Shown here piece after piece: positions 29,849 to 39,436 of a stretch of 64,000 nucleotides of DNA; the first letter of the stretch is position 1; each line of letters starts with the position of its first letter. The notes beneath the pieces were generated by a model that worked only from the letters and a program-made list of their open reading frames with translations, had not been told where the DNA came from and made no database searches. The stretch is from IMG/VR virus record IMGVR_UViG_3300031521_000009, one strand, 5' to 3'. The translations under genes and the position numbers were made by a program. Source of the stretch: a virus.

Positions 29849-30270
29849 TTTTTCCAATTTTTTTCTTGTGAAAAGTATTTAAGAGTAATTAAAGCATTCA
29901 TAGGTATTCCTTTTGTAGAACGTACTATTGATTCTTTAATCTCTACTAATGAAATTTTTCGTTCTATCTCAAAATCACTTTGTAATTTTTCATTTAAAAC
30001 TTTAAATTCATTTTGTTCTTCTAAAGATAATAACAAAATAGCATTGTCTCGGCTTATTTGATTTTCTTTATTCATCTCAACAAATTTGTTTTCAAATTCA
30101 ATTAATCTAGGACTAATCGTTTTTTGAATTTTGTTGTTTTCTTTTTCAAGAATTTCAAAATTATCTAGAATAAGACAATTCAATTCAGTATTATCAATAC
30201 CTTTTGAATTAAAAATATTCATTAGATTACTAATTTCAAAAAACTTTGATCTAATTTCTCCAATTTTCAT
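29845..30270 (-). CDS. Hypothetical protein following the tail fibre (possible fibre chaperone), 141 aa
   Basis: Helical, charged; common position downstream of fibre genes. Confidence 0.55.
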   Translation of the reverse strand: MKIGEIRSKFFEISNLMNIFNSKGIDNTELNCLILDNFEILEKENNKIQKTISPRLIEFENKFVEMNKENQISRDNAILLLSLEEQNEFKVLNEKLQSDFEIERKISLVEIKESIVRSTKGIPMNALITLKYFSQEKNWKK

Positions 30271-30306
30271 AACTTTTTATTTTTATATTTATTCTATTAT
30301 AATTAT

Positions 30307-33300
30307 TTAATACCCTTCTAAAACAACATATCCTGCTGATGTTGAACTTGCGTTTATAGTAATAGAAGTAGAACTGAGTGAAGTTATAGTTATCGCGCCA
30401 GTTATATAATATGATGGTTGTCCAAATGCAGTAAATGCAACTGGAAATGTATATGTAGCCGATCCACCAAATGGGCTTCCTTTTAATACTACCTTTTTGT
30501 AACTATTTGTCTGAAATGGCATAGAACAAATAACAGTCCCACTAACTGATCCATTTATAGATGTTTGTGTTTGATCTATTCCTATTGCACTTATATTTAC
30601 AACGCTCCCATCAGCTAGTAATAATTGAGAAGATGTTCCTCCTGATTTAATAAAACTACTAGCAGTAATATTACCATTAAAATAGCCACTACCACTAACT
30701 CCAATACCACCATCAACAACTAATGCGCCTGTGGTAGGTGAGGTTGAGAGAGTTGTTGAAAGTATGTCTATTTCCCCAGTATTTCGAATGTATAATCTTT
30801 TAGTTCCTGTTGAGTATAACCCAAGCCCATTATTTGAAAAAGAACCGATATAAGTATCATTATTTACTCCGTATTGCTCAATACCAAATTTACCATATAC
30901 AGCTCCTCCACTTCTTTTTAAATTAATACCCCCTTGATTGGCGTTTCCAATATAATAATATGCATTGTCTGACCCATCATCACTTATTAAACTATTTACC
31001 ATATTGCTACCATTCCATTTAGGAATGTAGTTTATTGTAAGTCCTGTAATTGCAGGTTGAAATGCACTAGTATTAGTATAAGCCGATGAACCTAAGCCTA
31101 ACCAAGATTTAATACTAGAATTATCAGCAACTCTAAACTTATTATCAGATACATCCCATGCAATCAATCTATTTACATTAACAGCTTGATTGAAATCTAT
31201 AGGATAACCTCCCCATTGATTAGAATTGCCTGCGCTGTTTGCATAGTTTACACTCTGAGCAGATATATTACCAGTATTAATAGCGCTACCTAATGGTTGA
31301 TATGTAGTACTATCCAAACTCCCATCACCTTTAAGAAATTGTGATGAAGTTCCACCAGATACTTTATATTGGGTTGCAGTTACATAATTTTTAAAAAATA
31401 CATTGTCAGACCCATCAATGTACATAGGAGTGGTACTATCGGTATAGTTTCTTATAGAAAATCCTATATTACTTACACCATCTATACTGTTTTTAATATT
31501 ATATTCCTTTGCACCTATTTGAGTTCCTTGAAAGGATATTAGTGCAGAACTTCCGTTTAAGTTTTGAAGGTACAAAGAATTAGATTGAACTATAGTGGAG
31601 TAGCTCTCAAATGTCAAATTATTAGCCCCTGCTGTCAATTTCAATCCAAGACCATTTGAATTATTTTTAAGATATCCACCATTTACAAATGAAATGCCAA
31701 GCCCCTGATTAAAACCAATATTGCCAGATTCTTGTCCGCCAGACAATGGTAAATAATTAGTCCACGGAGTATCAGTTATCCCATACCCAGATAAAGTAGA
31801 TGGATGATTGGAAGAATACCAATAACCAACTAATGTCCATGGAGTACCAGTTACAAATCCACCATAGTTACCTAAGTCATTTGTAAATTGTGATAATAAT
31901 GTAGGTTTAGAAGTTATTTCTGAATAAGTATAACTAGGTTTTGTAGAAGTTTTAGCCCAATTATAAACATCTGATGCAATACGAGAATCACTTAATCTAC
32001 TATCAGTATTTACTACCCAATTACCATAATTACCAAGATCATTGGAAAATTGAGAAAGTAATGTTGGACGATTACCAATTTCGGTCCATACATAAGATGG
32101 TTTTACTGATTCTTTAGCCCATAAATATACATCACTTGCCGGCAAAGTAGTAGGATAATTTGGAAGTCCATAACCACTTGTTGTTGTTGGATGATTATCA
32201 GTACTCCATTGTAATACATTAGAGACGTTTGAAAGACCTATATCAGACTTATTTAATACAACAGTACCTACATAACCATTTACAGAACTTACTGCATCTG
32301 TGTTATCTACCTTGCCCCATACAGAACCATTTGCTATCAACCAATCTCCTACTTTCCATTCACTAATTGAACCCATAGTAGTAGAACCGGCTACAGATAC
32401 TATATAATAATCACCATTTGAAGTTGGGGTTGATGGTAATGATGGTAATCCAGTTGACGCATCCCATAAACCTTTATAGTTTACTTGGCCCAATAAAGAT
32501 ACTGGTATTTGAGATAATGGAATTTTTGTATCACTTCCTAATGTAGCTAATCCATTAGCAACACCCATCAATGAACTTGATAATTTATTATTAAAAGTAT
32601 TCCAATCAGTAAAACTTAATGAACCTGTAGAATTTGTAGAAGAAAGTCCTAAAGATAATTCTTGTTCATCCAATGTAAGGCCATTAGAAGAACCCAAAGT
32701 AAGTGGATTATGGTTTTTATAACTAAGCTTCTCTATTGCGCTTAAAACAGTGTCAGATGCGTTTACATTACCATCTGTTGCCACATACCCATTCAAGTAA
32801 GTTCCAAGAACTCTATTAGTAGTAAAATAAAGATTATCTTCTTCAGTCACTTCGATAGTTGTATAATAAGGTTTAGAAACAGAAAGAGCCCAAGTAGGAA
32901 TATTTGTTATTCCATAACCTTGGACTGTTGTTGGCTTATTTAATAAACCGGAGAATGATAATTCATGTACGTTACCAGTAGACTGAGAATGGTCATAAGC
33001 TATCTTACCTAAGTCACCATAATAAGCATTAGTATGTAATTCACCAAGAAGAAGATTTTGTTCCGGAAGTAATAAAACCCATTGACCATTTTTACGACCA
33101 TAAACTTGTTCATCAGGAGCATCACCGATACCACTAGTAAAAAATATATTTGAAGGTTCAATTAAGTATGAAATTTTAGTATCATGAACATCAATATCAT
33201 AATGTGGTGTAGACTCATCAATTATTACTTGATAAGTAACTACAACATTATTTAGATTCAATTCAAAAATTGATTCTTTTACATTAATATCCTCGGTGTT

Positions 33301-33342
33301 ATTACCACCAGTATTATTTACTAATATATCAAAAGTATCCAT
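30307..33342 (-). CDS. Tail fibre / receptor-binding protein, 1011 aa
   Basis: Gly/Ser/Thr/Asn-rich; fibre motifs KPTTVQGYGIT, GVANGLATLGSDTKIP, GGTSSQFLKGDGS, STSPTTGALVVDGGIGVSG; foldon-like DAPDEQVYGRKNGQWV. Confidence 0.85.
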   Translation of the reverse strand: MDTFDILVNNTGGNNTEDINVKESIFELNLNNVVVTYQVIIDESTPHYDIDVHDTKISYLIEPSNIFFTSGIGDAPDEQVYGRKNGQWVLLLPEQNLLLGELHTNAYYGDLGKIAYDHSQSTGNVHELSFSGLLNKPTTVQGYGITNIPTWALSVSKPYYTTIEVTEEDNLYFTTNRVLGTYLNGYVATDGNVNASDTVLSAIEKLSYKNHNPLTLGSSNGLTLDEQELSLGLSSTNSTGSLSFTDWNTFNNKLSSSLMGVANGLATLGSDTKIPLSQIPVSLLGQVNYKGLWDASTGLPSLPSTPTSNGDYYIVSVAGSTTMGSISEWKVGDWLIANGSVWGKVDNTDAVSSVNGYVGTVVLNKSDIGLSNVSNVLQWSTDNHPTTTSGYGLPNYPTTLPASDVYLWAKESVKPSYVWTEIGNRPTLLSQFSNDLGNYGNWVVNTDSRLSDSRIASDVYNWAKTSTKPSYTYSEITSKPTLLSQFTNDLGNYGGFVTGTPWTLVGYWYSSNHPSTLSGYGITDTPWTNYLPLSGGQESGNIGFNQGLGISFVNGGYLKNNSNGLGLKLTAGANNLTFESYSTIVQSNSLYLQNLNGSSALISFQGTQIGAKEYNIKNSIDGVSNIGFSIRNYTDSTTPMYIDGSDNVFFKNYVTATQYKVSGGTSSQFLKGDGSLDSTTYQPLGSAINTGNISAQSVNYANSAGNSNQWGGYPIDFNQAVNVNRLIAWDVSDNKFRVADNSSIKSWLGLGSSAYTNTSAFQPAITGLTINYIPKWNGSNMVNSLISDDGSDNAYYYIGNANQGGINLKRSGGAVYGKFGIEQYGVNNDTYIGSFSNNGLGLYSTGTKRLYIRNTGEIDILSTTLSTSPTTGALVVDGGIGVSGSGYFNGNITASSFIKSGGTSSQLLLADGSVVNISAIGIDQTQTSINGSVSGTVICSMPFQTNSYKKVVLKGSPFGGSATYTFPVAFTAFGQPSYYITGAITITSLSSTSITINASSTSAGYVVLEGY
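31861..32139 (-). repeat. Two 117-nt (39-aa) internal repeats in the tail fibre
   Basis: 32023-32139 ASDVYLWAKESVKPSYVWTEIGNRPTLLSQFSNDLGNYG and 31861-31977 ASDVYNWAKTSTKPSYTYSEITSKPTLLSQFTNDLGNYG. Confidence 0.85.
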
Positions 33343-33344
33343 TA

Positions 33345-33701
33345 TTATCTTATTGTACTAATTGGCAAGACTTCTCTTCTTCCTGGTGCAAAACCAGTAA
33401 TTTTTTTACCTGTTGAAAGAATGATATTAAAATCAAACTCATAATCTGCCGGTTCAGCAGTCATTTCATGTTCAGGAATAGTAATGATATTATCTGCTGT
33501 AGTAATAGTATTATCTGCTGTAGAATATTGTTTTCCTAATACATTACCATTCATCAAATTCATAACTATATTAGCGCCATCTAATACTACCGGTACACGT
33601 ATTTTTTGCCCAACATTATCTGGATCATCTATTAACGCATTTACTTCAATAGTCATTTCTGGAACTGTAGATTTATAATAAACTGGGTCAAGTACTAACA
33701 T
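33345..33701 (-). CDS. BppU-like Ig-fold fibre-attachment protein, 118 aa
   Basis: VVLDGANIVMNL...ADYEFDFNIILSTGKKIT...G...VLP pattern; upstream of the fibre gene. Confidence 0.55.
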   Translation of the reverse strand: MLVLDPVYYKSTVPEMTIEVNALIDDPDNVGQKIRVPVVLDGANIVMNLMNGNVLGKQYSTADNTITTADNIITIPEHEMTAEPADYEFDFNIILSTGKKITGFAPGRREVLPISTIR

Positions 33702-33706
33702 AATAA

Positions 33707-34381
33707 TTATTTGTTTGCTCGTGGAAATTCATCAGTAATCGTAATCTTTGATACTTCTTTTTGGTTCTCAAACATTGTGGCCGAAGAACGTTTCTTAATG
33801 GCATCTTTATTTACATTTGCCAAAACCTTATTATAATAATCATACAAATCACTGGCTTGTTTTAAAGCATCAAGTCGTTCTTTTGTATTTGGGATTTCTA
33901 TCTCAACATCATGAACTCGGTCAATCATTGACTCACCATCTTCATCAAGTTCTTTATGTGTAACCTTAATTTTCTTTTTAATCATATGAGGCATCTTTTG
34001 TACTACCTCAGAAAACATATCAATATCTTCTTTTAGTGTATCAAGTAATATCTCATTACGTGTTCTTGAAAATTTAAGGTACCCGGCAATACATTTTTGT
34101 ACCCATTCATTCTCTTCAAAATCACTTACTTTTTTATAAGTCCCGGTATGACTTTTTACCGCTTGTGACCTACGTTGTTGCAAAGGTTGATTATGAAGGT
34201 AGGAACGCTCTTCTCCAAAGACTTTGTATACATAATAGATATAAGCCATGGCCTTATAAAAAAAGACCTTATTTGTACTTGTATCATAACGTTTAAAATC
34301 TCTAAACTCTGGCATTTGCATTGCCATATCAGTAACTTTTATTACCGATTCTTCAAGATATAAAAAATCTTCTACTTGCAT
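33707..34381 (-). CDS. Conserved crAss-like late protein (terminase small subunit candidate), 224 aa
   Basis: PEFRDFKRYDTSTNK...KAMAYIYYVY motif resembling a conserved gene near crAss-like terminases; the function is an inference. Confidence 0.45.
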   Translation of the reverse strand: MQVEDFLYLEESVIKVTDMAMQMPEFRDFKRYDTSTNKVFFYKAMAYIYYVYKVFGEERSYLHNQPLQQRRSQAVKSHTGTYKKVSDFEENEWVQKCIAGYLKFSRTRNEILLDTLKEDIDMFSEVVQKMPHMIKKKIKVTHKELDEDGESMIDRVHDVEIEIPNTKERLDALKQASDLYDYYNKVLANVNKDAIKKRSSATMFENQKEVSKITITDEFPRANK

Positions 34382-34384
34382 TGT

Positions 34385-34672
34385 TTAATATGTTTTATAA
34401 ATTCCTTCTCGATTAATAAACATCATAGATTCCAAAACACCTTTTAAAGCAACATCTAAAGGTATAAGTTCTTTTGAATGCATTATTTCTGTCTCAGTAA
34501 TATTATTAGAAACATGTTTTACTTTAATACCTATTAATCTACTTACACGAATAGAACTTCCATTCTTATCTTTTATCTCTTTGCTTTTGAAAATAGCATG
34601 GTCAACTACAAAGACTTTTTCTAAATTTGTGATATTCACTACAGGAATACCTGGCTTTATCCAATTTGACAT
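34385..34672 (-). CDS. Hypothetical protein, 95 aa
   Basis: ORF downstream of a promoter, coupled to the next gene. Confidence 0.65.
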   Translation of the reverse strand: MSNWIKPGIPVVNITNLEKVFVVDHAIFKSKEIKDKNGSSIRVSRLIGIKVKHVSNNITETEIMHSKELIPLDVALKGVLESMMFINREGIYKTY

Positions 34673-34696
34673 ATATTAGTTTTTAAATGTTATGTG

Positions 34697-34704
34697 CAAA
34701 GATA
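34697..34704 (-). promoter_or_regulatory. Bacteroidota -7 promoter element (TATCTTTG) at the head of the late arm
   Basis: TATATCTTTGCAC on the minus strand, just after a terminator. Confidence 0.7.
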
Positions 34705-34718
34705 TAAATTGTTTTTGC

Positions 34719-34755
34719 AAAAAAGAGAAGATAGTATTTAAACTACCTTCTCTTT
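34719..34755 (-). terminator. Rho-independent terminator
   Basis: Minus strand AAGAGAAGGTAGT-loop-ACTATCTTCTCTT plus T run. Confidence 0.75.
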
Positions 34756-34761
34756 AACATG

Positions 34762-35190
34762 CTAAAATGGAAGGTCCGAACCTTCACCACTACCTACTGG
34801 AATACCACCAGTAACAAATGGTTTTGCTCCACCACTATTTTCATTAGGATAAATAACAGCACCGGCCGGTGGCATCATACTATTACTTTCTGGAATAGGC
34901 ATACCAGGAACATCTGCCGGCACTTCCGGTTTCTGTATGGAAACAATAGTAAGTTCATTGAAATACTTATCTTGCCATGGCTTACCCTTTGTCTCAATCT
35001 CACAATCAATATGCAATGTAGGATTGGCCAAGAAATATTCATGGATGTCAGTAAAACACTTTACACTAAACTCAACATTGTCAATCACACTTTTCACAAT
35101 CCATGTACCAATTGTATAAGGACCATTTTGACCTTCTCCATCATAATTATGGAAATTCTTTACCAACGCTATTCTTTGTACTACTTTCAT
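34762..35190 (-). CDS. DUF3127-like single-stranded DNA-binding protein, 142 aa
   Basis: OB-fold-like IETKGKPWQDKYFNEL; Pro/Gly linker; acidic C-terminal SDLPF tail. Confidence 0.7.
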   Translation of the reverse strand: MKVVQRIALVKNFHNYDGEGQNGPYTIGTWIVKSVIDNVEFSVKCFTDIHEYFLANPTLHIDCEIETKGKPWQDKYFNELTIVSIQKPEVPADVPGMPIPESNSMMPPAGAVIYPNENSGGAKPFVTGGIPVGSGEGSDLPF

Positions 35191-35936
35191 CTCTTTGTTC
35201 TATTTGTTCTCCTTTTGGTTCTATTTTGAAATACCATTCTTTTCTCACCATTCTCAACTACCGTATTCCATTCCCAACGATAACGCATTACTTCATAACC
35301 ATAGTTTACTGACAGAAGCAAATGGAATAGCCTATAAGCCTCGATTGGAACCGAAACAGTACCATGGTTCAATAAAGTAATCAACCACGTAGAAAGCATG
35401 TGTGAGTTGTTTATCTGACGTTCATTATCCTTATCAATATCACTCATTATTAAATCAGGGACAAATACCGGAGTAGTCAACAAACCACTAATGATTTGTT
35501 CTTTTTCCAATAAGTTTTCAGATAATGATAAGTTAGTTGCAAACGCCTCAGAAAACTGCCTTTGAGAAGTAGATAATAAATTCTGCAAACTCAATAGAAC
35601 CTTACCTAAATCATCTCTTGAAAAATAAACATCTCCTTTTTTGATACTGTCAATAAAATCTTCTACAGATTCTTTTATAGAAAGAAGACCATCTTCACTA
35701 CTAGAATAAAATTCAATTCTTACACGATAATCAGTAAACTTGATTAAACGAATACCATTAAACTTTTTTACAAAAGTACTTTCAGTAGAACTAAATACTC
35801 TACCACACTTTTGACAACTATACAAATAACTCTCATTACCCCGTGCATCTACTATACTACCATGGAACAATGAACCTCGCGTATCACAACGCCTTACTAA
35901 GCACTTAATAAATGCTCCTAATGAACGATCACTCAT
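35187..35936 (-). CDS. Hypothetical protein with N-terminal Cys cluster (CQKC), 249 aa
   Basis: First gene after the promoter at 35963; ATGA overlap with the SSB gene. Confidence 0.6.
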   Translation of the reverse strand: MSDRSLGAFIKCLVRRCDTRGSLFHGSIVDARGNESYLYSCQKCGRVFSSTESTFVKKFNGIRLIKFTDYRVRIEFYSSSEDGLLSIKESVEDFIDSIKKGDVYFSRDDLGKVLLSLQNLLSTSQRQFSEAFATNLSLSENLLEKEQIISGLLTTPVFVPDLIMSDIDKDNERQINNSHMLSTWLITLLNHGTVSVPIEAYRLFHLLLSVNYGYEVMRYRWEWNTVVENGEKRMVFQNRTKRRTNRTKR

Positions 35937-35962
35937 AAATTATTCTCTTTAAAATTATACCC

Positions 35963-35970
35963 CAAAGATA
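35963..35970 (-). promoter_or_regulatory. Bacteroidota -7 promoter element (TATCTTTG)
   Basis: TAnnTTTG match 26 nt upstream of the ATG at 35936. Confidence 0.65.
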
Positions 35971-36185
35971 ACTAATAAAAAAACAACTACCTAGTAATAA
36001 TACTATTATAAATTACCATTAACATCACAACCATTCCAACGAAGAACATATCCTACACTACCATATACAATATACAAGCCCCCCGTATACCCACTACCAA
36101 ATTACGAAAGCCTTGGATACTCTCTGCTAACTCCCCCCGGTTAGACGTATAAAAAAATTAATTACAAATTAAAAACAAAATTATT

Positions 36186-36548
36186 ATGAGCAAATTATTG
36201 TACAAAGCAGACAAAGCTGCTGAATTGAAATTCGACCTTAGTGACATCGTGCCAACATCATTTGAAATCGTTGGACAATTCTATCGTGACGGAAGTCAGA
36301 AGACTGCTGCCGGCAAGTTGGTAAAGATTGAAGCAGATGATGCTGATGTATCTAATCCAAACTTACGCATCTGGTGTAACATGGCTATCGCAGGAATGAC
36401 TGACAACTTCTCTCAAGAAGTGACACGCATGAACTCATGTGGGTTCGAGTCAGTGATTGACAAAGATCAAGCTGCTAATGGTATCATTAAACTTAAAGCA
36501 GGTGCTAAGATTAGCTGCTTAGGTGGTGTAATCAAATACAGCATGTAA
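36186..36548 (+). CDS. Hypothetical protein, first gene of the rightward arm, 120 aa
   Basis: A-rich leader; followed by a strong terminator. Confidence 0.75.
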   Translation: MSKLLYKADKAAELKFDLSDIVPTSFEIVGQFYRDGSQKTAAGKLVKIEADDADVSNPNLRIWCNMAIAGMTDNFSQEVTRMNSCGFESVIDKDQAANGIIKLKAGAKISCLGGVIKYSM

Positions 36549-36555
36549 GAACAAC

Positions 36556-36585
36556 AAAGGGAGATGTAATGTCTCCCTTTTTTTT
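36556..36585 (+). terminator. Rho-independent terminator
   Basis: AAAGGGAGAT-gtaat-GTCTCCCTTT plus T run. Confidence 0.85.
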
Positions 36586-36696
36586 AAATACTATTACCTC
36601 GAAATACTTACTTGCTAGAGTTGTTGCGGACTGGCTTGTTTAAGTGATTCCTACGCACGCATTACTATTATTATACACACACTAATACTTATCATT

Positions 36697-36870
36697 ATGA
36701 AACCTTCTAAACATATCATTGAGCATATTATATATGCCTTTATATTCGGTGTTGCATTTATATTCTTTGCTACTCATACATATATATATGGTAGAGCAAT
36801 TCTTATTGGTGCATTGTTCTTCTTTGTACTACATGTGCATGAAGCAATAGAACATTATAAGAATAGATAA
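36697..36870 (+). CDS. Small two-TM membrane protein, 57 aa
   Basis: MKPSKHIIEHIIYAFIFGVAFIFFATHTYIYGRAILIGALFFFVLHVHEAIEHYKNR*. Confidence 0.55.
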   Translation: MKPSKHIIEHIIYAFIFGVAFIFFATHTYIYGRAILIGALFFFVLHVHEAIEHYKNR

Positions 36871-36876
36871 TACTAC

Positions 36877-36963
36877 TAATTGATGGCGTTACTCGTGAGA
36901 GTAGATGCATTTGATTCTATCGGTACCTCATTTCACCCAACAAGGTGCAGAAGCCATCAATTA
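36877..36963 (+). ncRNA. Candidate structured RNA (branched hairpin)
   Basis: 11-bp closing stem TAATTGATGGC/GCCATCAATTA; inner TACTC-GTGA-GAGTA GNRA hairpin; TGCA/TGCA arm. Confidence 0.4.
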
Positions 36964-36971
36964 AATCTATT

Positions 36972-37460
36972 TCAATAACCTTGATTATCTTTTAATATCT
37001 TACCAAAGTAATCAATCCATTTAAGTCTATAAGGTTTGTTGATATGTTTATTCTTATACATTGTCAACTCCTCATATGTCTTAGTAGAATAGAACTCTTT
37101 GTATTGACTCATTGCTAATGTATCATCATCTAATTTTTCTTCTATTGGTTGAATAACAACTTGGTCGTTATTTGTCATTATGACAATATTATTGGCTATT
37201 TGTTGTCTAGGTTCATCAATAGACTTATTTATCACTGGTGGAATAGCATCATGCTTATAGTTCTTTTCTTTATCGGATTGATAGTATTCAACACCTACAT
37301 AGATAGTATAAATACCTGATTGATACATTCCTATATCATTGTATTTACGTATTACAGTACTCAATGATACTTCTAAGAATAATGCTAAGTCTGTTTTAGA
37401 TTTAATACAGACGGCTATATTCGTTTCTCTGTGAATTACTATTGCCAATTTCTTTGCCAT
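36972..37460 (-). CDS. Hypothetical protein with N-terminal HTH-like segment, about 162 aa (start MAKKLAIV)
   Basis: SKTDLALFLEVSLSTVIRK; has its own minus-strand promoter. Confidence 0.6.
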   Translation of the reverse strand: MAKKLAIVIHRETNIAVCIKSKTDLALFLEVSLSTVIRKYNDIGMYQSGIYTIYVGVEYYQSDKEKNYKHDAIPPVINKSIDEPRQQIANNIVIMTNNDQVVIQPIEEKLDDDTLAMSQYKEFYSTKTYEELTMYKNKHINKPYRLKWIDYFGKILKDNQGY

Positions 37461-37488
37461 AATGAAATGTTTTAATGGATTTATTACG

Positions 37489-37496
37489 CAAAGATA
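37489..37496 (-). promoter_or_regulatory. Bacteroidota -7 promoter element (TATCTTTG)
   Basis: TATCTTTGCG 28 nt upstream of ATG 37460. Confidence 0.65.
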
Positions 37497-37528
37497 ATTA
37501 TTATTATTCATTCATAAACTATACAATC

Positions 37529-37807
37529 ATGCAAACATTTAATTCTAGAACAACTCAAATACTGTTGTTATTTTCATTGATAATAATACTTATTATCACT
37601 TTTGTATCAGTAACTTACAAGGTAGAAACACCACGTAAACAACCTCTGAGAATCGTACAGAACATTGTAATAGACATTGTGCCTTCAAATATAGAAAAGG
37701 ATATGTCATACATTATTATCCAAGATAAGCGCTCTGGACAGCTAAATATAGAGTCTGTTGGCAACGAACAACTACAATATTTCAAGGTAGGTGATACGCT
37801 ACAATAG
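37529..37807 (+). CDS. Membrane-anchored hypothetical protein, 92 aa
   Basis: N-terminal TM helix; C-terminal FKVGDTL motif; start at MQTFNSR. Confidence 0.6.
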   Translation: MQTFNSRTTQILLLFSLIIILIITFVSVTYKVETPRKQPLRIVQNIVIDIVPSNIEKDMSYIIIQDKRSGQLNIESVGNEQLQYFKVGDTLQ

Positions 37808-38116
37808 GCTACAGTAAAGGGTTTCAGAGCTTTTGAACACCCTCTGTACACTCCTATTCTCTGCTATTGCTATCTATAGTCTCTCTTAGTATATAAAGCT
37901 TATAATGCGTTGAATTCGTCGTTATATGTATTAGTACGGTTTATTGAGATATAGTGGTGGCATTGGTGAGTTGGTTGTATTCCTTAAGTATTCATTTCTT
38001 ATAATAGAGTATAGTGTGTTGAATCTATTGGTCTACATTATATTAGATTATTTGATAGTGGTTGTGATTGGTGTAATCCGGTGTATCAGATACTATATAA
38101 TATTGTAAGATTTGAT

Positions 38117-38124
38117 TACTTTTG
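38117..38124 (+). promoter_or_regulatory. Possible -7 promoter element (TACTTTTG)
   Basis: TAnnTTTG in the long non-coding gap upstream of the early cluster. Confidence 0.4.
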
Positions 38125-38289
38125 CGGGCTTGTTTAAGCTACTTTCTTTTATTGATATGATACATAGTGTCATTCTATTGCTATTCGTTCAACAGTGAGC
38201 TTTCTATGCGTTGAAATGACGTGTGTGGTTAGTGTGAATGATAGCTTATTTGCTATATATATAATTTAAAACTACAAAAACTTATTATA

Positions 38290-38763
38290 ATGGAAAAAAT
38301 AAATACAATAATTGAAATAAAGCATTTTATTGAATGTCCATATTGCCATAATTCAAAAAACAGAATCGACCACTTATTTAATGAAGAAGGAAAAGAAATT
38401 AGTTGGGGATATTGGTATTGCGATGAATGTGGTGGTGGTTACAAAGGAATAGTAAAAGGTAAAGAAGTTTTTATTGAAAAAACAATAAAAAGAAAAGACG
38501 ATTCTATTATTTTTCTTAAAAATGGAAACATATTACTTGCTATAAAAGGAATGTATTTTAATGGTAATCATGATATAGAAAATGATAGATATTTTTATGA
38601 AGAACATACTTGTCCAATAAATTATTTAAAAAATGTAGAAATGATTATTAATTTAGAAGATGATAATATTGATCCACATGGTATTTTTAAATTTATTACT
38701 TCTATACCATATATTAATTTAGAAAACGTTGAAGATATTAAAACATTATTACCCTCTTTTTAG
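38290..38763 (+). CDS. Zn-ribbon hypothetical protein, 157 aa
   Basis: CPYC...CDEC; very AT-rich. Confidence 0.7.
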   Translation: MEKINTIIEIKHFIECPYCHNSKNRIDHLFNEEGKEISWGYWYCDECGGGYKGIVKGKEVFIEKTIKRKDDSIIFLKNGNILLAIKGMYFNGNHDIENDRYFYEEHTCPINYLKNVEMIINLEDDNIDPHGIFKFITSIPYINLENVEDIKTLLPSF

Positions 38764-38843
38764 CATAAATATAGCTCATTTCTATTATTGTCTATTTATT
38801 CCTTTATATAAACTATTTATTATTCATTTAAAAACAAATTCTT

Positions 38844-39086
38844 ATGAAAACAGGTGACTTAATTATTTTGAAAGAAATCTACATCAATGGATGTGGTAGA
38901 GATTATCCAGCAAATTCTATTGGTACATTAGCTAGTGTAGTACCAGATAGTGATGGTGATTTACGTGTTGTATTTGCAATACATAGTAATGGTAATTATA
39001 CTTATGTTCCAGCTGATAAAGTAAAATTAATCCCAGAAGATAGTATTACAAAAGCTAAAGATATTTGCGAGAATGCTGTGCTCTAA
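38844..39086 (+). CDS. Hypothetical protein (SH3-like), 80 aa
   Basis: MKTGDLIIL...GTL...YVPADKVKLI. Confidence 0.65.
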   Translation: MKTGDLIILKEIYINGCGRDYPANSIGTLASVVPDSDGDLRVVFAIHSNGNYTYVPADKVKLIPEDSITKAKDICENAVL

Positions 39087-39435
39087 CGACCCAATCATTA
39101 TGCTACTGTATCTCCTTATGGGATTTGCAGTAGCTGCTCTTGCTCTTTGCTTTCAGCATATACAAGAGCCTGGAATGATATTCGACTGGTATCATGACTG
39201 GTTATACAAATACGTGCGATATAAGCGACTTTTATCTAAGTATGGTAAGAATATACGTTTTATATCTTTTATGGCCTATATAGCAAAGCCATTGGGCTTA
39301 TGTCCCTATTGTAATGGGATATGGATTGCTATCATCACTTACTTGATTGCTTTTGGATTCTATTGGGATATATTTCTATTCATTGGCATATCATGGTTCT
39401 TTATTCGATTTATTCAACAAAACAAAATCATTTGA
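39073..39435 (+). CDS. Membrane protein with CPYC motif (DUF1360-like), 120 aa
   Basis: KPLGLCPYCNGIWIA between TM helices. Confidence 0.6.
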   Translation: MLCSNDPIIMLLYLLMGFAVAALALCFQHIQEPGMIFDWYHDWLYKYVRYKRLLSKYGKNIRFISFMAYIAKPLGLCPYCNGIWIAIITYLIAFGFYWDIFLFIGISWFFIRFIQQNKII

Positions 39436-39436
39436 T

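Noticed and set aside
8-35380. Many short plus-strand ORFs in the track (e.g. 8-370, 8962-9174, 16362-16677, 34759-35229)
   Set aside because: They are antisense shadows of long minus-strand genes, lack leaders and have atypical composition
37810-38289. Hidden minus-strand gene in the G/T-rich gap
   Set aside because: The best frame I found gives only about 42 codons without a convincing leader or motif
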